From NCBI GenBank assembly GCA_030694005.1, contig JAUXZG010000021.1, positions 1 through 45,620 on the forward strand: a DNA stretch of 45,620 nt, in the 5' to 3' direction. Of the stretch, positions 34,107 to 41,780 are shown in pieces. Source of the DNA: Desulfobaccales bacterium (GTDB lineage: Bacteria > Desulfobacterota > Desulfobaccia > Desulfobaccales > 0-14-0-80-60-11). The notes below the pieces were generated by a model. The model saw nothing but the letters and a program-made list of their open reading frames with translations, was not told where the DNA came from and did not search any database. The first letter of the stretch is position 1; each line of letters opens with the position of its first letter. The position numbers and the translations under genes are program-made.

Positions 34107-34781
34107 ATGACCACCCTGCTCATCATTTTTGCCAAGGAACCGGTTCCGGGGCAAGTAAAAACCCGGTTCAGTCCCAATTTGTCGCCAGAAGGCGCGGCTG
34201 AGCTTTACTGTTGTTTCCTGGAAGACATCCTGGAGGAGGTTGTCCGGTGGCCGCAGTTGCGCCTGGCCCTGGCCTACACCCCGCCCGAGTCCCTCCCCTT
34301 TTTTCAGGGACTGGTTCCCTCCGGCACCGATCTTTTCCCTCAAGAGGGAGCCGACTTGGGGGAGCGGATGGCCCGAGCCTTTGACCGGGGCTTCGGAGCC
34401 GGCTATGAGGCGGTCTTGCTGCGCGGCAGTGACAGCCCCGACCTGCCTGGGAATTTGCTTCTTGAGGCCAAAAACGTTCTTCAGGCGGGAAAGGCCGAGG
34501 TGGTACTGGGCTCCTGCCCGGACGGCGGCTACTACCTGGTGGGTCTTAAGGCCCCTCAGCCGGAACTTTTCCGGGGCCAGGCCTGGTCCACCGCCACTGT
34601 GCTGAGCCAAACCCTGGCCCGGGCCCAGAGTCTTTCGCTTAAGGCCCATCTCCTCTCCACCTGGCCGGACATTGATACTTATACTGACCTTTTGGGTTTT
34701 CTGGCCCGGCCCCACCCGGCGCCTCTGCCGGGCTGGCGCAGTCATGTGAAGGCCCGAGAATTGCTTACCCTAACCGTGTGA
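34107..34781 (+). CDS. DUF2064 'TIGR04282 family' glycosyltransferase (rSAM/selenodomain-associated transferase 1)
   Basis: 'LLIIFAKEPVPGQVKTRFSP', 'GADLGERMARAF', 'LRGSDSPDLP' and 'PDGGYYLVGL'. Confidence 0.8.
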   Translation: MTTLLIIFAKEPVPGQVKTRFSPNLSPEGAAELYCCFLEDILEEVVRWPQLRLALAYTPPESLPFFQGLVPSGTDLFPQEGADLGERMARAFDRGFGAGYEAVLLRGSDSPDLPGNLLLEAKNVLQAGKAEVVLGSCPDGGYYLVGLKAPQPELFRGQAWSTATVLSQTLARAQSLSLKAHLLSTWPDIDTYTDLLGFLARPHPAPLPGWRSHVKARELLTLTV

Positions 34782-34876
34782 CCCCAGCCCCCAGGGACTT
34801 AAGCAGTTTTCAGAAATTTCCCCGGTCATGTTATATTTTTCTTGCCCAAAAAGCCGATTTATACCGTTTTCCTGTA

Positions 34877-35064
34877 GGGGCGCACCTAGGTGTGCGCCCC
34901 AAGGGGGGGACACGCAGGTCCGTCCCCACATTGTTTGTTTAAATTCAATGTAGAATAGGTATTAATCCATAATCGCTCACCATAGAAATTTCTTGGCGGT
35001 GGGGCGGGCCTCCGTGCCCGCCAAATCTTCTTGACTCTCGGCAGGCACAGAGGCCTGCCCCACC
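34877..35064. repeat. second family of GC hairpins in an AT-rich spacer
   Basis: GGGGCGCAC-CTAGGT-GTGCGCCCC (34877-34900) and GGGGAC...GTCCCC (34906-34927). At 34998-35064, GGTGGGG...CCCCACC encloses two 7-bp hairpins (GGCGGGC/GCCCGCC and GGCAGGC/GCCTGCC). Confidence 0.45.
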
Positions 35065-35213
35065 AATGTTTTTTATGGTAGTTTACTATAAGGGCAAAGC
35101 CGATGGACGTGCCTTGGGACCTGCGCCGCCGACAAAATGCTTACCTTTATGTCGGGCAACTTGGTATAACAGTTATCCAAACGAGTCGGCAAAGCCATGA
35201 TGAGGAGAAGTGA

Positions 35214-35936
35214 ATGCCTCGCGGTCAGGAAGGAGATTCCCCAGCCATCGTCAAGAAAGCGTCCATCGCCCGGCCCCTGATCTTTCTCCTGTTGATTGTG
35301 GGAATTATCTTCACGGTGCGTTACTTCCACCTCCAGGAGTACCTGGAGAAGGAGCGTTTGCGTCAATTTATTGCCGCGTATGGGGTTTGGGGCCCCCTGA
35401 TTTACCTGGCCGTCTGGACCCTGGCCCCACCTCTGTCTTTGCCGGGGTTGCCCATAACCCTGGCGGGGGGACTGTTATTCGGCCCCTTTTGGGGAGTGAT
35501 CTACACCGCGGTGGGGGCTACGATGGGTGCGACCCTGGCCTTCCTCATGGCCCGTTATCTCGCCCGGGACTGGGTGGAGGCCAGGCTCGCCGGGACCAGG
35601 TTAATGACCCTGGATGACAAGGTCTCTCAAGAAGGTTGGAAGGTGGTGGCCTTCACCCGGCTCATTCCCATTTTCCCCTATTTCCTGGTGAATTTCGCCT
35701 TTGGGCTCACCAGGATCTCCTTGGGGGTTTATACCCTGGCCACCTTTATCTTCATGCTGCCTTTGACCATTGCCTTTGTCTACTTCTCCAGCAATATTTT
35801 GGATCTCTTCCAGGGCAAGGTTTCCAAAGAACTGCTCTTGGGAGTGCTCCTGGTGGTTATAGTCAGCCTCATCCCTTTGGTCTTCAAAAAAATAAAGGCC
35901 AGACGGGGAGAGTCTCTGGATTTTCCTGATGAGTGA
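35214..35936 (+). CDS. TVP38/TMEM64 (DedA-superfamily) membrane protein
   Basis: 'LPGLPITLAGGLLFGPFWGVIYTAVGATMGATLAFLMARYL' and 'RLIPIFPYFLVNFAFGLT'. Confidence 0.8.
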   Translation: MPRGQEGDSPAIVKKASIARPLIFLLLIVGIIFTVRYFHLQEYLEKERLRQFIAAYGVWGPLIYLAVWTLAPPLSLPGLPITLAGGLLFGPFWGVIYTAVGATMGATLAFLMARYLARDWVEARLAGTRLMTLDDKVSQEGWKVVAFTRLIPIFPYFLVNFAFGLTRISLGVYTLATFIFMLPLTIAFVYFSSNILDLFQGKVSKELLLGVLLVVIVSLIPLVFKKIKARRGESLDFPDE

Positions 35937-36942
35937 CCTTTTGAGAGCGCAAAGTTTGTTATTAAGCGTCCGGCAGTGGCAGAAAGGGCTCAGGTTCTTT
36001 CCCTTAGCCCTGACGCTGGCCCTGGGCCTGACCCTGGGGACGGTGGGGCGGTCCGCCCACGCGGTGCCCCAGGGTGGTTACACCCACCCGGAAGTCTTGC
36101 TCCAGCCCGAAGAGCTTAAAGCCATGCTTGACCAGAAAGACCCGGCCCTGAAAATCATCGATGTGCGCCATGAAGTCAAATATTACCTGGGCCACATCCC
36201 GGGGGCGGTTCAGGTCTGGCGCCACGATCTTGATAATAAGAAACCCTCCTCCCCGGGTATGCCCATCCCGGCCGCCCAGCTGGAAAAAATTATGGGGCGC
36301 CTGGGAATCACCCACCGGGATACCTTGATCATTTACTCCGACCAATTTGACCACACCCGGCTATGGTGGCTCCTGGCCTATTACGGCTTCCCCTTAAACC
36401 GTATGAAACTTCTGGATGGCGGCATCGAGGCCTGGAAAGCCAGGGGTTATCCCACCCAACTCACCTCACCCCGGATAAAGCGCACCTCTTTCAAACTGCC
36501 CGCAGCGGCCCAGGTCAAAGCTTTGCTGGCCACTTGGGAAGAAGTCAAGGGGGCCATCCACAACCCGCACAAGGTTATTTTAGATGACCGCTCCCTTAGG
36601 CAGTATCAGGGGGAAGAAAGAGAGGAAGGCGCCGCCAGAGCCGGACATATCCCCGGGGCCGTCTGGGTGGAATGGAAAGAGACCAGGGTGCCGGAAGGTT
36701 TTTTTAAGGGGTATTGGCAGCCGGCGGAGAAAATCAAGAAGATCTATGCTGACCAGGGAATCACCCCGCATAAAGATATCTATATCTACTCCCGGGCCGG
36801 CCTGCGGGCCACTCACAGCCTGGTAAGCCTCTACCTGGTGGGCTACCCCCTGGAGAAACTGCACCTCTACGCCGGCTCCTGGATGGAGTGGAGCCGCAGC
36901 CAGGAACCCATAGCCACCGGCACCCCCAGCCCCAGCAAATGA
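35929..36942 (+). CDS. exported tandem rhodanese-like protein with no cysteine
   Basis: ATGA overlap with the TVP38 gene. Signal-like N-terminus ending in AHA. Two rhodanese-like halves ('IIDVRHEVKYYLGHIPGAV', 'GHIPGAVWVEW'). The active-site position reads 'IYSRAGLRATH'. Confidence 0.75.
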   Translation: MSDLLRAQSLLLSVRQWQKGLRFFPLALTLALGLTLGTVGRSAHAVPQGGYTHPEVLLQPEELKAMLDQKDPALKIIDVRHEVKYYLGHIPGAVQVWRHDLDNKKPSSPGMPIPAAQLEKIMGRLGITHRDTLIIYSDQFDHTRLWWLLAYYGFPLNRMKLLDGGIEAWKARGYPTQLTSPRIKRTSFKLPAAAQVKALLATWEEVKGAIHNPHKVILDDRSLRQYQGEEREEGAARAGHIPGAVWVEWKETRVPEGFFKGYWQPAEKIKKIYADQGITPHKDIYIYSRAGLRATHSLVSLYLVGYPLEKLHLYAGSWMEWSRSQEPIATGTPSPSK

Positions 36943-36951
36943 AGGGTGAAA

Positions 36952-37011
36952 TTTGGGGGAGGGGGCTAGGGGCCGCAAATAAGTAGTCAGTTGTCAGTAG
37001 CCAGTTGTCAG
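36952..37011. repeat. left boundary of the low-GC cassette: G-run arm plus inverted-repeat core
   Basis: TTTGGGGGAGGGGGCTAGGGGCCGC, then AGTAGTCAG[TTGTCAG]TAGCCAGTTGTCAG (36982-37011). Confidence 0.65.
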
Positions 37012-37218
37012 TATCAGTATTTTGGCGTCATCACATATTTAAAATCGGACAACCCGACTTGCGTGATCACCTCTTACAGGTAATTGCTCTTTTAAAGGCT
37101 TCAGCCAATTGGAGCATTTTTAGGCCTCTCTTTGCACGCGCTTTTCCAAAAATGGGAGATCAACTTCTTCTTGATGTTCCTCATCCAGATGATGAACAAT
37201 AATTTCAGGAGCGTCCCT

Positions 37219-37536
37219 ATGAAAAATCTGCGCTGCTATGACGAAGCTGATCTCGAAGTGGAGCTACTTCATCTTTATCGACAGTGGGGCGCTCTTGGCT
37301 ATTGGGCTAGGCGTTTTTACCAGATTTTTTCTCCACATTGCAAGAGATACAAGGGCGGCGTCGCTGCGGTGCGTACTGTGCTGTACAAGAACGGAACCGC
37401 TGGCTTTACATTTCTCAGAGAGCAAGACAGGCTAGACCTATCAGTAGAATGCCTAGTGCTCAAACCGGAGTGGCATCAACTTTTCAACGATGAAGATCGT
37501 AACAGGGCACAAGAGAAATTGAAACATCTAAAATAG
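37219..37536 (+). CDS. hypothetical protein (105 aa) inside the cassette
   Basis: AGGAG 7 nt upstream of ATG 37219. 'YWARRFYQ...GFTFLREQDRLDLSVECLVLKPEWHQLF'. Family not recognised. Confidence 0.5.
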   Translation: MKNLRCYDEADLEVELLHLYRQWGALGYWARRFYQIFSPHCKRYKGGVAAVRTVLYKNGTAGFTFLREQDRLDLSVECLVLKPEWHQLFNDEDRNRAQEKLKHLK

Positions 37537-37565
37537 AAGGGTCGGGGCTTCTATTTTACCTTTCT

Positions 37566-38186
37566 CTATGGATGCTGCTGTATCCACACTTGCCCAGCAC
37601 GCATTTGCTGCATCCATATTTGCTGCTGTGAATTAAGCCATATATTGTTACTAATGCCATGTAAAGCGTTTATTAGTTCCCTATGCTGCCTTTCCTTCTG
37701 CCGCTCCCGTAACTCTTGTAATAGCCCTACCCAAAATCTCTTTGAAGCCTCCCGTCGCTTATCGAGTCCATCCAGTTTTGTAGCCATCGCTGCAATCTTT
37801 GACACTATTTCGTCAGACTCTCTACCCAAAGTCCTGTAAGCGACTATTTTGCCAGAGTCGCTCAGCAGGCGCTCAAACTTACGACGGGCGAGAATCGCAA
37901 GGGCATCATCATTACTTTTCACAGCCTTAGAAATGTCGGAAGAAGCCAATAGCTCTTTATCTGACAGAGATGATTCGAAGATTGACCATTCTCGGTTGGC
38001 TTTCTCTATCTGTATGTCCAAAGCTGCTTTTTCCTTGTCACACTGCTTCATGTCCTCAATGAGTTTCGCATCAGAGTTCTCTCCTGTTTTAATTTTCAGT
38101 GTAAAACGCTGCCGCCATTCCCGCTCCATGGAGAGAGCACAGGAAGACACCATAAGGATAACCATAAGCATCGCTACTATTTTCAT
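37566..38186 (-). CDS. hypothetical coiled-coil lipoprotein inside the cassette
   Basis: AGGAGG 5 nt upstream of ATG 38186. 'MKIVAMLMVILMVSSC' is a lipobox-like signal. The remainder is charged and helical. Confidence 0.55.
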   Translation of the reverse strand: MKIVAMLMVILMVSSCALSMEREWRQRFTLKIKTGENSDAKLIEDMKQCDKEKAALDIQIEKANREWSIFESSLSDKELLASSDISKAVKSNDDALAILARRKFERLLSDSGKIVAYRTLGRESDEIVSKIAAMATKLDGLDKRREASKRFWVGLLQELRERQKERQHRELINALHGISNNIWLNSQQQIWMQQMRAGQVWIQQHP

Positions 38187-38380
38187 GCCTTCCTCCTTCA
38201 ATTCCCGATTATAGGTTGGAGTTATTTATCGGGAAGTCGGAAACCTCTACAAGTGGATTATTCAGCATGGCGCAATCCTCTAAATAATTTGCGCTATCAT
38301 GCCAAATCTTTTAGAATAGAGCAAGAAAATTGACGCAGGCTAAATGCTACCTTAAAATGGGACATTCCGAAAAATAATAA

Positions 38381-38424
38381 CTGACAACTGGCTACTGACT
38401 ACTGGTTCCCCCGGCCCTCCCCCA
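38381..38424. repeat. right boundary of the low-GC cassette: inverted-repeat core plus C-run arm
   Basis: CTGACAACTGGCTACTGACTACT is the reverse complement of the left core minus 7 nt. GGTTCCCCCGGCCCTCCCCCA then complements the left G-run arm. Confidence 0.65.
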
Positions 38425-38445
38425 CACTACTACCTCACCTCCTAC

Positions 38446-38667
38446 CTACCCCCGGATGACTTTGCCCACCTCCAGGTTGTTGATTTTTAGGCGTTTCCAC
38501 AGGGTTACCCGGCTTATGCCCAAGAGTCGGGCGGCCTCGGTCTTCCTGCCGCCGGCCTCTTTTAGGGCCTCCACCAATCTCTGTCTCTCGTCAGCCGCCC
38601 GGGTCTTAAGTCTCCCGTGAGCCACCTTCGCCAGGCGGTGACCCACAAAATCATAATTGACCACCAA
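38446..38667 (-). CDS. small Fis-type HTH protein, or the C-terminal relic of a larger regulator
   Basis: 'ERQRLVEALKEAGGRKTEAARLLGISRVTLWKRLK'. TTG start only, no AAA+ domain upstream, and an in-frame stop at ~38730. Confidence 0.45.
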   Translation of the reverse strand: MVVNYDFVGHRLAKVAHGRLKTRAADERQRLVEALKEAGGRKTEAARLLGISRVTLWKRLKINNLEVGKVIRG

Positions 38668-38846
38668 GGAACCATCGACTCGGAGAGCACCCCGTAGCAG
38701 GGCAGTACCTTCACGATAAAATTGCCGCTATTATAAATGACCTTCATTGGTCATCTACTTGGATATCTTGGAAAGCATGAGGCCATCAAGATCCTTAAAA
38801 GAAGAACTCCACCATGTATCTCAGGGCCAGGTTATTGGAGAATAAC

Positions 38847-38875
38847 TTGACATGGGGTTATGAAAAGATTATCTA
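38847..38875 (+). promoter_or_regulatory. candidate sigma-70 promoter (TTGACA, 17 nt, TATCTA) placing the transcription start at or near ATG 38883
   Basis: Perfect -35, 17-nt spacer and a 4/6 -10. Only 7 nt lie between the -10 and the ATG, with no SD. Confidence 0.3.
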
Positions 38876-38882
38876 TTAAGCC

Positions 38883-39167
38883 ATGAAATCATCGAGAAGC
38901 TCCCGCAATCTGAGCATGGTGCTCGTGGGACTCTTCCTCCTGCCTGTGCTGACGTTGGTATGGATCATACCATGCCATGCCGACGTCCATAGGTGCGAGG
39001 GGGGTTGCGCCCACAGCGAATGCTGCGGCGGCCAATCGATGCCTCTCCTCTCCGCGGCTAACCCCGCTCCTTTTGTCACACTCTGCGTCGCACTCTATCA
39101 TCCCATCGAGGAACAATTAGCACTCAGAATCTTTGCCTCCAGCATTTTCCGTCCCCCCCGGGCCTAG
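38883..39167 (+). CDS. small exported Cys/His-rich protein upstream of the RND operon
   Basis: 94 aa. Hydrophobic N-terminus, 'IPCHADVHRCEGGCAHSECCGG'. 6 Cys and 4 His. Confidence 0.5.
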   Translation: MKSSRSSRNLSMVLVGLFLLPVLTLVWIIPCHADVHRCEGGCAHSECCGGQSMPLLSAANPAPFVTLCVALYHPIEEQLALRIFASSIFRPPRA

Positions 39168-39238
39168 CCCCTTTCATCTCCTTTAATCTGTTGTTCTCCA
39201 ATTAATTTCAGTAGTCACACGCGTGGCAACGGAGGTGT

Positions 39239-40480
39239 GTGGTGAACCTCAAGTGCATTGCTGTGGGGGTGGTCCTTTGTTTGGCCCCCTTATGGTCCGG
39301 CGGAGCTAAGGCCGGACTCCGGGCCTATTCTCTTCCGGAACTGGAAGAGATGGCCTTAAAAACGCATCCGGCTTTGAAAGTCGCCTGGGCGGAGATCAAG
39401 AAGAATGAAGCGGAGCTGCGTATCGCCCGCCAGTACCCCAACCCGGAAGCGGAAGGATCAATGAGCAGCCAAAAGGGCCTGGAAAGCGGCACCTATGCAA
39501 CTGGCTACAACCTTTCTCTGTCCCAGACCATCGAGTGGCCGGGACGCCGGGGGAAAAGGCAGGAGTCCGCCCGCTTCGGCATCGATGTGGTTAACCAGAA
39601 GTTAACCCAGGAACAGATCAACATACGCGCCCGGTGCCGGGAATTCTTTTACCGGGTGCTGGCCGGCGAGCACTTGGTGAAAATTGCCGCGGAAAATCTA
39701 GAGTCGGCCAAAAAACTTCTGGATATCGCCGAAAAAAGGGTGCGCCTGGGAGAAAGCCGGCCCCTTGAGCTGGTCAAGGCCCGGGTGGAGTTTTTTTCCC
39801 TGGAAAGGGAATATGACAAGGCCAAAACCACCCTGGCAGGAGACCGGCAGGTCTTGCGGCAATTCCTGGGCGGCGTCTTGCCCGCCGATTTCACCCTATC
39901 AGGCGAAGGCGAAGTTATTGAGCCGGTGGTGCCCCTGAAGCGTTGGCAGGAAGCGGCCTTTGCCTCGTATCCCCTGCTGGCGGCCCAGGAAGCCCAGGTC
40001 CGACAGGCGGAGAGCACTCTGGGGGCGGAGCGCCAGGCCTGGGTGCCGGATGTGACGGTGAAGGTGTTCCACACCCGGGATGTGGACCTCAGGGCCACCG
40101 GCGGCGGTCTCAGCATCCCCCTCCCCTTATGGAACCGCAAGGAAGGCGAAGTAGCCAAGGCCGCAGCCGCCAAAAGCCAGGCCGACTCCGAACTCCGACT
40201 TCTCAAACAAGACCTGGAAACCAAGTTGGCTTCCCAATACAGCCTCTATGAAACGGCCCGCCGCCAGGTGGAGTCCTTCCAGACAGCTATCCTTAAAGAG
40301 GCGGCGGAATCTCTCCGAGTGGCCCAGTTCAGCTATGAGCACGGCGAAACCAGCCTGCTGGAACTCTTGGATTCCCGCCGGGTTTATCGGGGGACGGAAC
40401 AGGACTACTACAAGGCCCTGTTGGATTACCGCCTGGCTCGGGCGGAACTCTGGCGATTGGCCGGCGGAGGTGTCAAGTGA
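39239..40480 (+). CDS. czcC: TolC-family outer membrane efflux protein (CzcC-like)
   Basis: GGAGG upstream of the GTG start. Signal peptide and two OEP repeats typical of CzcC/CusC-type proteins. Confidence 0.8.
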   Translation: MVNLKCIAVGVVLCLAPLWSGGAKAGLRAYSLPELEEMALKTHPALKVAWAEIKKNEAELRIARQYPNPEAEGSMSSQKGLESGTYATGYNLSLSQTIEWPGRRGKRQESARFGIDVVNQKLTQEQINIRARCREFFYRVLAGEHLVKIAAENLESAKKLLDIAEKRVRLGESRPLELVKARVEFFSLEREYDKAKTTLAGDRQVLRQFLGGVLPADFTLSGEGEVIEPVVPLKRWQEAAFASYPLLAAQEAQVRQAESTLGAERQAWVPDVTVKVFHTRDVDLRATGGGLSIPLPLWNRKEGEVAKAAAAKSQADSELRLLKQDLETKLASQYSLYETARRQVESFQTAILKEAAESLRVAQFSYEHGETSLLELLDSRRVYRGTEQDYYKALLDYRLARAELWRLAGGGVK

Positions 40481-41757
40481 TGCGGGTGCGGTTGACCAAG
40501 ACCCGGTGGCTGGTAATCATGGTGGCCGCCCTGAGTGCGGCGGGCCTCCTGGGGTGGTGGTATGTACACGAGCGGCACGACCACGATCAACCTGCTGATC
40601 ACGACCAGGCCCCGCATGCTGACAAAAAAGAACCCGAGGCGGCGCCGCCGGGTCAGGTGAAGCTGACCCCGGAGGCGGTGCAGCAGGCTAAAATTGAGAC
40701 GGCCCCCGTGGTTCTCGGTCCCCTGGATAACCGGGTGTTGTTTACTGGGGAACTAGTCTTCAACGAAGAGCGCCTGGCTAAAATCCGCTCCCGGGTGCCG
40801 GGACGGGTGTTGCAGATCGTCGCGGACTACGGGCAGGCGGTGAAGCCGGGGGATGTTCTGGCGATCATCGACAGCGTTGAACTGGGTCAGGCCCAGATGG
40901 CCTCCCGGCAAGCCGCGGCCAGATTTAACGCCGCCCAAAAGGCCTATGACCGGGCCCGCCAGCTTTATGAGGGCAAGGCCATCAGCCGGGCCGAACTCCA
41001 GGAGCGCCAGGCCCGGCTGGAAGTCGAGCGGGCCGATCTGGATCATGCCCAAAACCGCCTCCGCCTCCTGGGGTCCAGCGGTGTCGCCCCCGCCTCTTTG
41101 CCGAAAGGCTCCCGGTCCGGTGCCAAGACTTTATTCACTGGCGGCTCCGGGGCTATCTTCGCCCTGCGCACTCCCATCGCCGGCCGGGTAGTGGACCGGA
41201 AAGTCACCCCCGGCCTAGTGGTCAAGGAAGACGAAGGGCTCTTCACCGTGGCCGACACCTCCGCCCTGTGGTGCTTCGTCCATATCCCTGAGAAGGATTT
41301 GCCTTTAGTGAACGCAGGTTCCCAAGCGACCATAACCGTCAGCTCCTTGTCCCAGGAGGAATTCCCTGGCCGCGTGGATTTCCTGGCTGACATGGTGGAC
41401 AAGGCCACTCGCACCGTCCGGGCCCGGGTGCGGGTGAACAACCCCGACAACCGCCTCAAGGCCGGTATGTTCGCCAACATTGCCGTTCGGGTGGGCCAGC
41501 GCACCGTCCTGAGCGTTCCAGAAACCGCAGTCCTGGCCGCCAACGGCGAGCTCTTTGTCTTCGTGGAAATGGCCCCCCGCACCTACCAGAAGCATCTTAT
41601 CAAGACAGGAGTAAAAGGTGGGGGCCGCGTGGAAGTGATAGAGGGTCTTAAGGCGGATGAGCCGGTGGTGGTGCAGGGAGGCTTCACCCTCAAATCCGAG
41701 TTGGAAAAGGGCGTCAGCCGGGGCGGCCTCGGCGGGGGGATGGGACATGCCCATTAA
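40477..41757 (+). CDS. czcB: efflux RND periplasmic adaptor (CzcB/HlyD family)
   Basis: ATGA overlap with the upstream gene. N-terminal TM, a His/Asp-rich stretch (HERHDHDQPADHDQAPHAD), and lipoyl/beta-barrel motifs 'GDVLAIIDS' and 'LKAGMFANI'. Confidence 0.85.
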   Translation: MMRVRLTKTRWLVIMVAALSAAGLLGWWYVHERHDHDQPADHDQAPHADKKEPEAAPPGQVKLTPEAVQQAKIETAPVVLGPLDNRVLFTGELVFNEERLAKIRSRVPGRVLQIVADYGQAVKPGDVLAIIDSVELGQAQMASRQAAARFNAAQKAYDRARQLYEGKAISRAELQERQARLEVERADLDHAQNRLRLLGSSGVAPASLPKGSRSGAKTLFTGGSGAIFALRTPIAGRVVDRKVTPGLVVKEDEGLFTVADTSALWCFVHIPEKDLPLVNAGSQATITVSSLSQEEFPGRVDFLADMVDKATRTVRARVRVNNPDNRLKAGMFANIAVRVGQRTVLSVPETAVLAANGELFVFVEMAPRTYQKHLIKTGVKGGGRVEVIEGLKADEPVVVQGGFTLKSELEKGVSRGGLGGGMGHAH

Positions 41758-41780
41758 TGCGGGTCGCGAGGAGACTGAAG

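Noticed and set aside
41757-41780. Track start (ATG 41757, overlapping the adaptor gene stop) for the RND pump gene
   Set aside because: ATG 41781 is preceded by GAGGAG at the right distance and gives the family-typical N-terminus MIDRVIQ... The 8 extra codons (MRVARRLK) are probably not translated, although the overlap start cannot be excluded.
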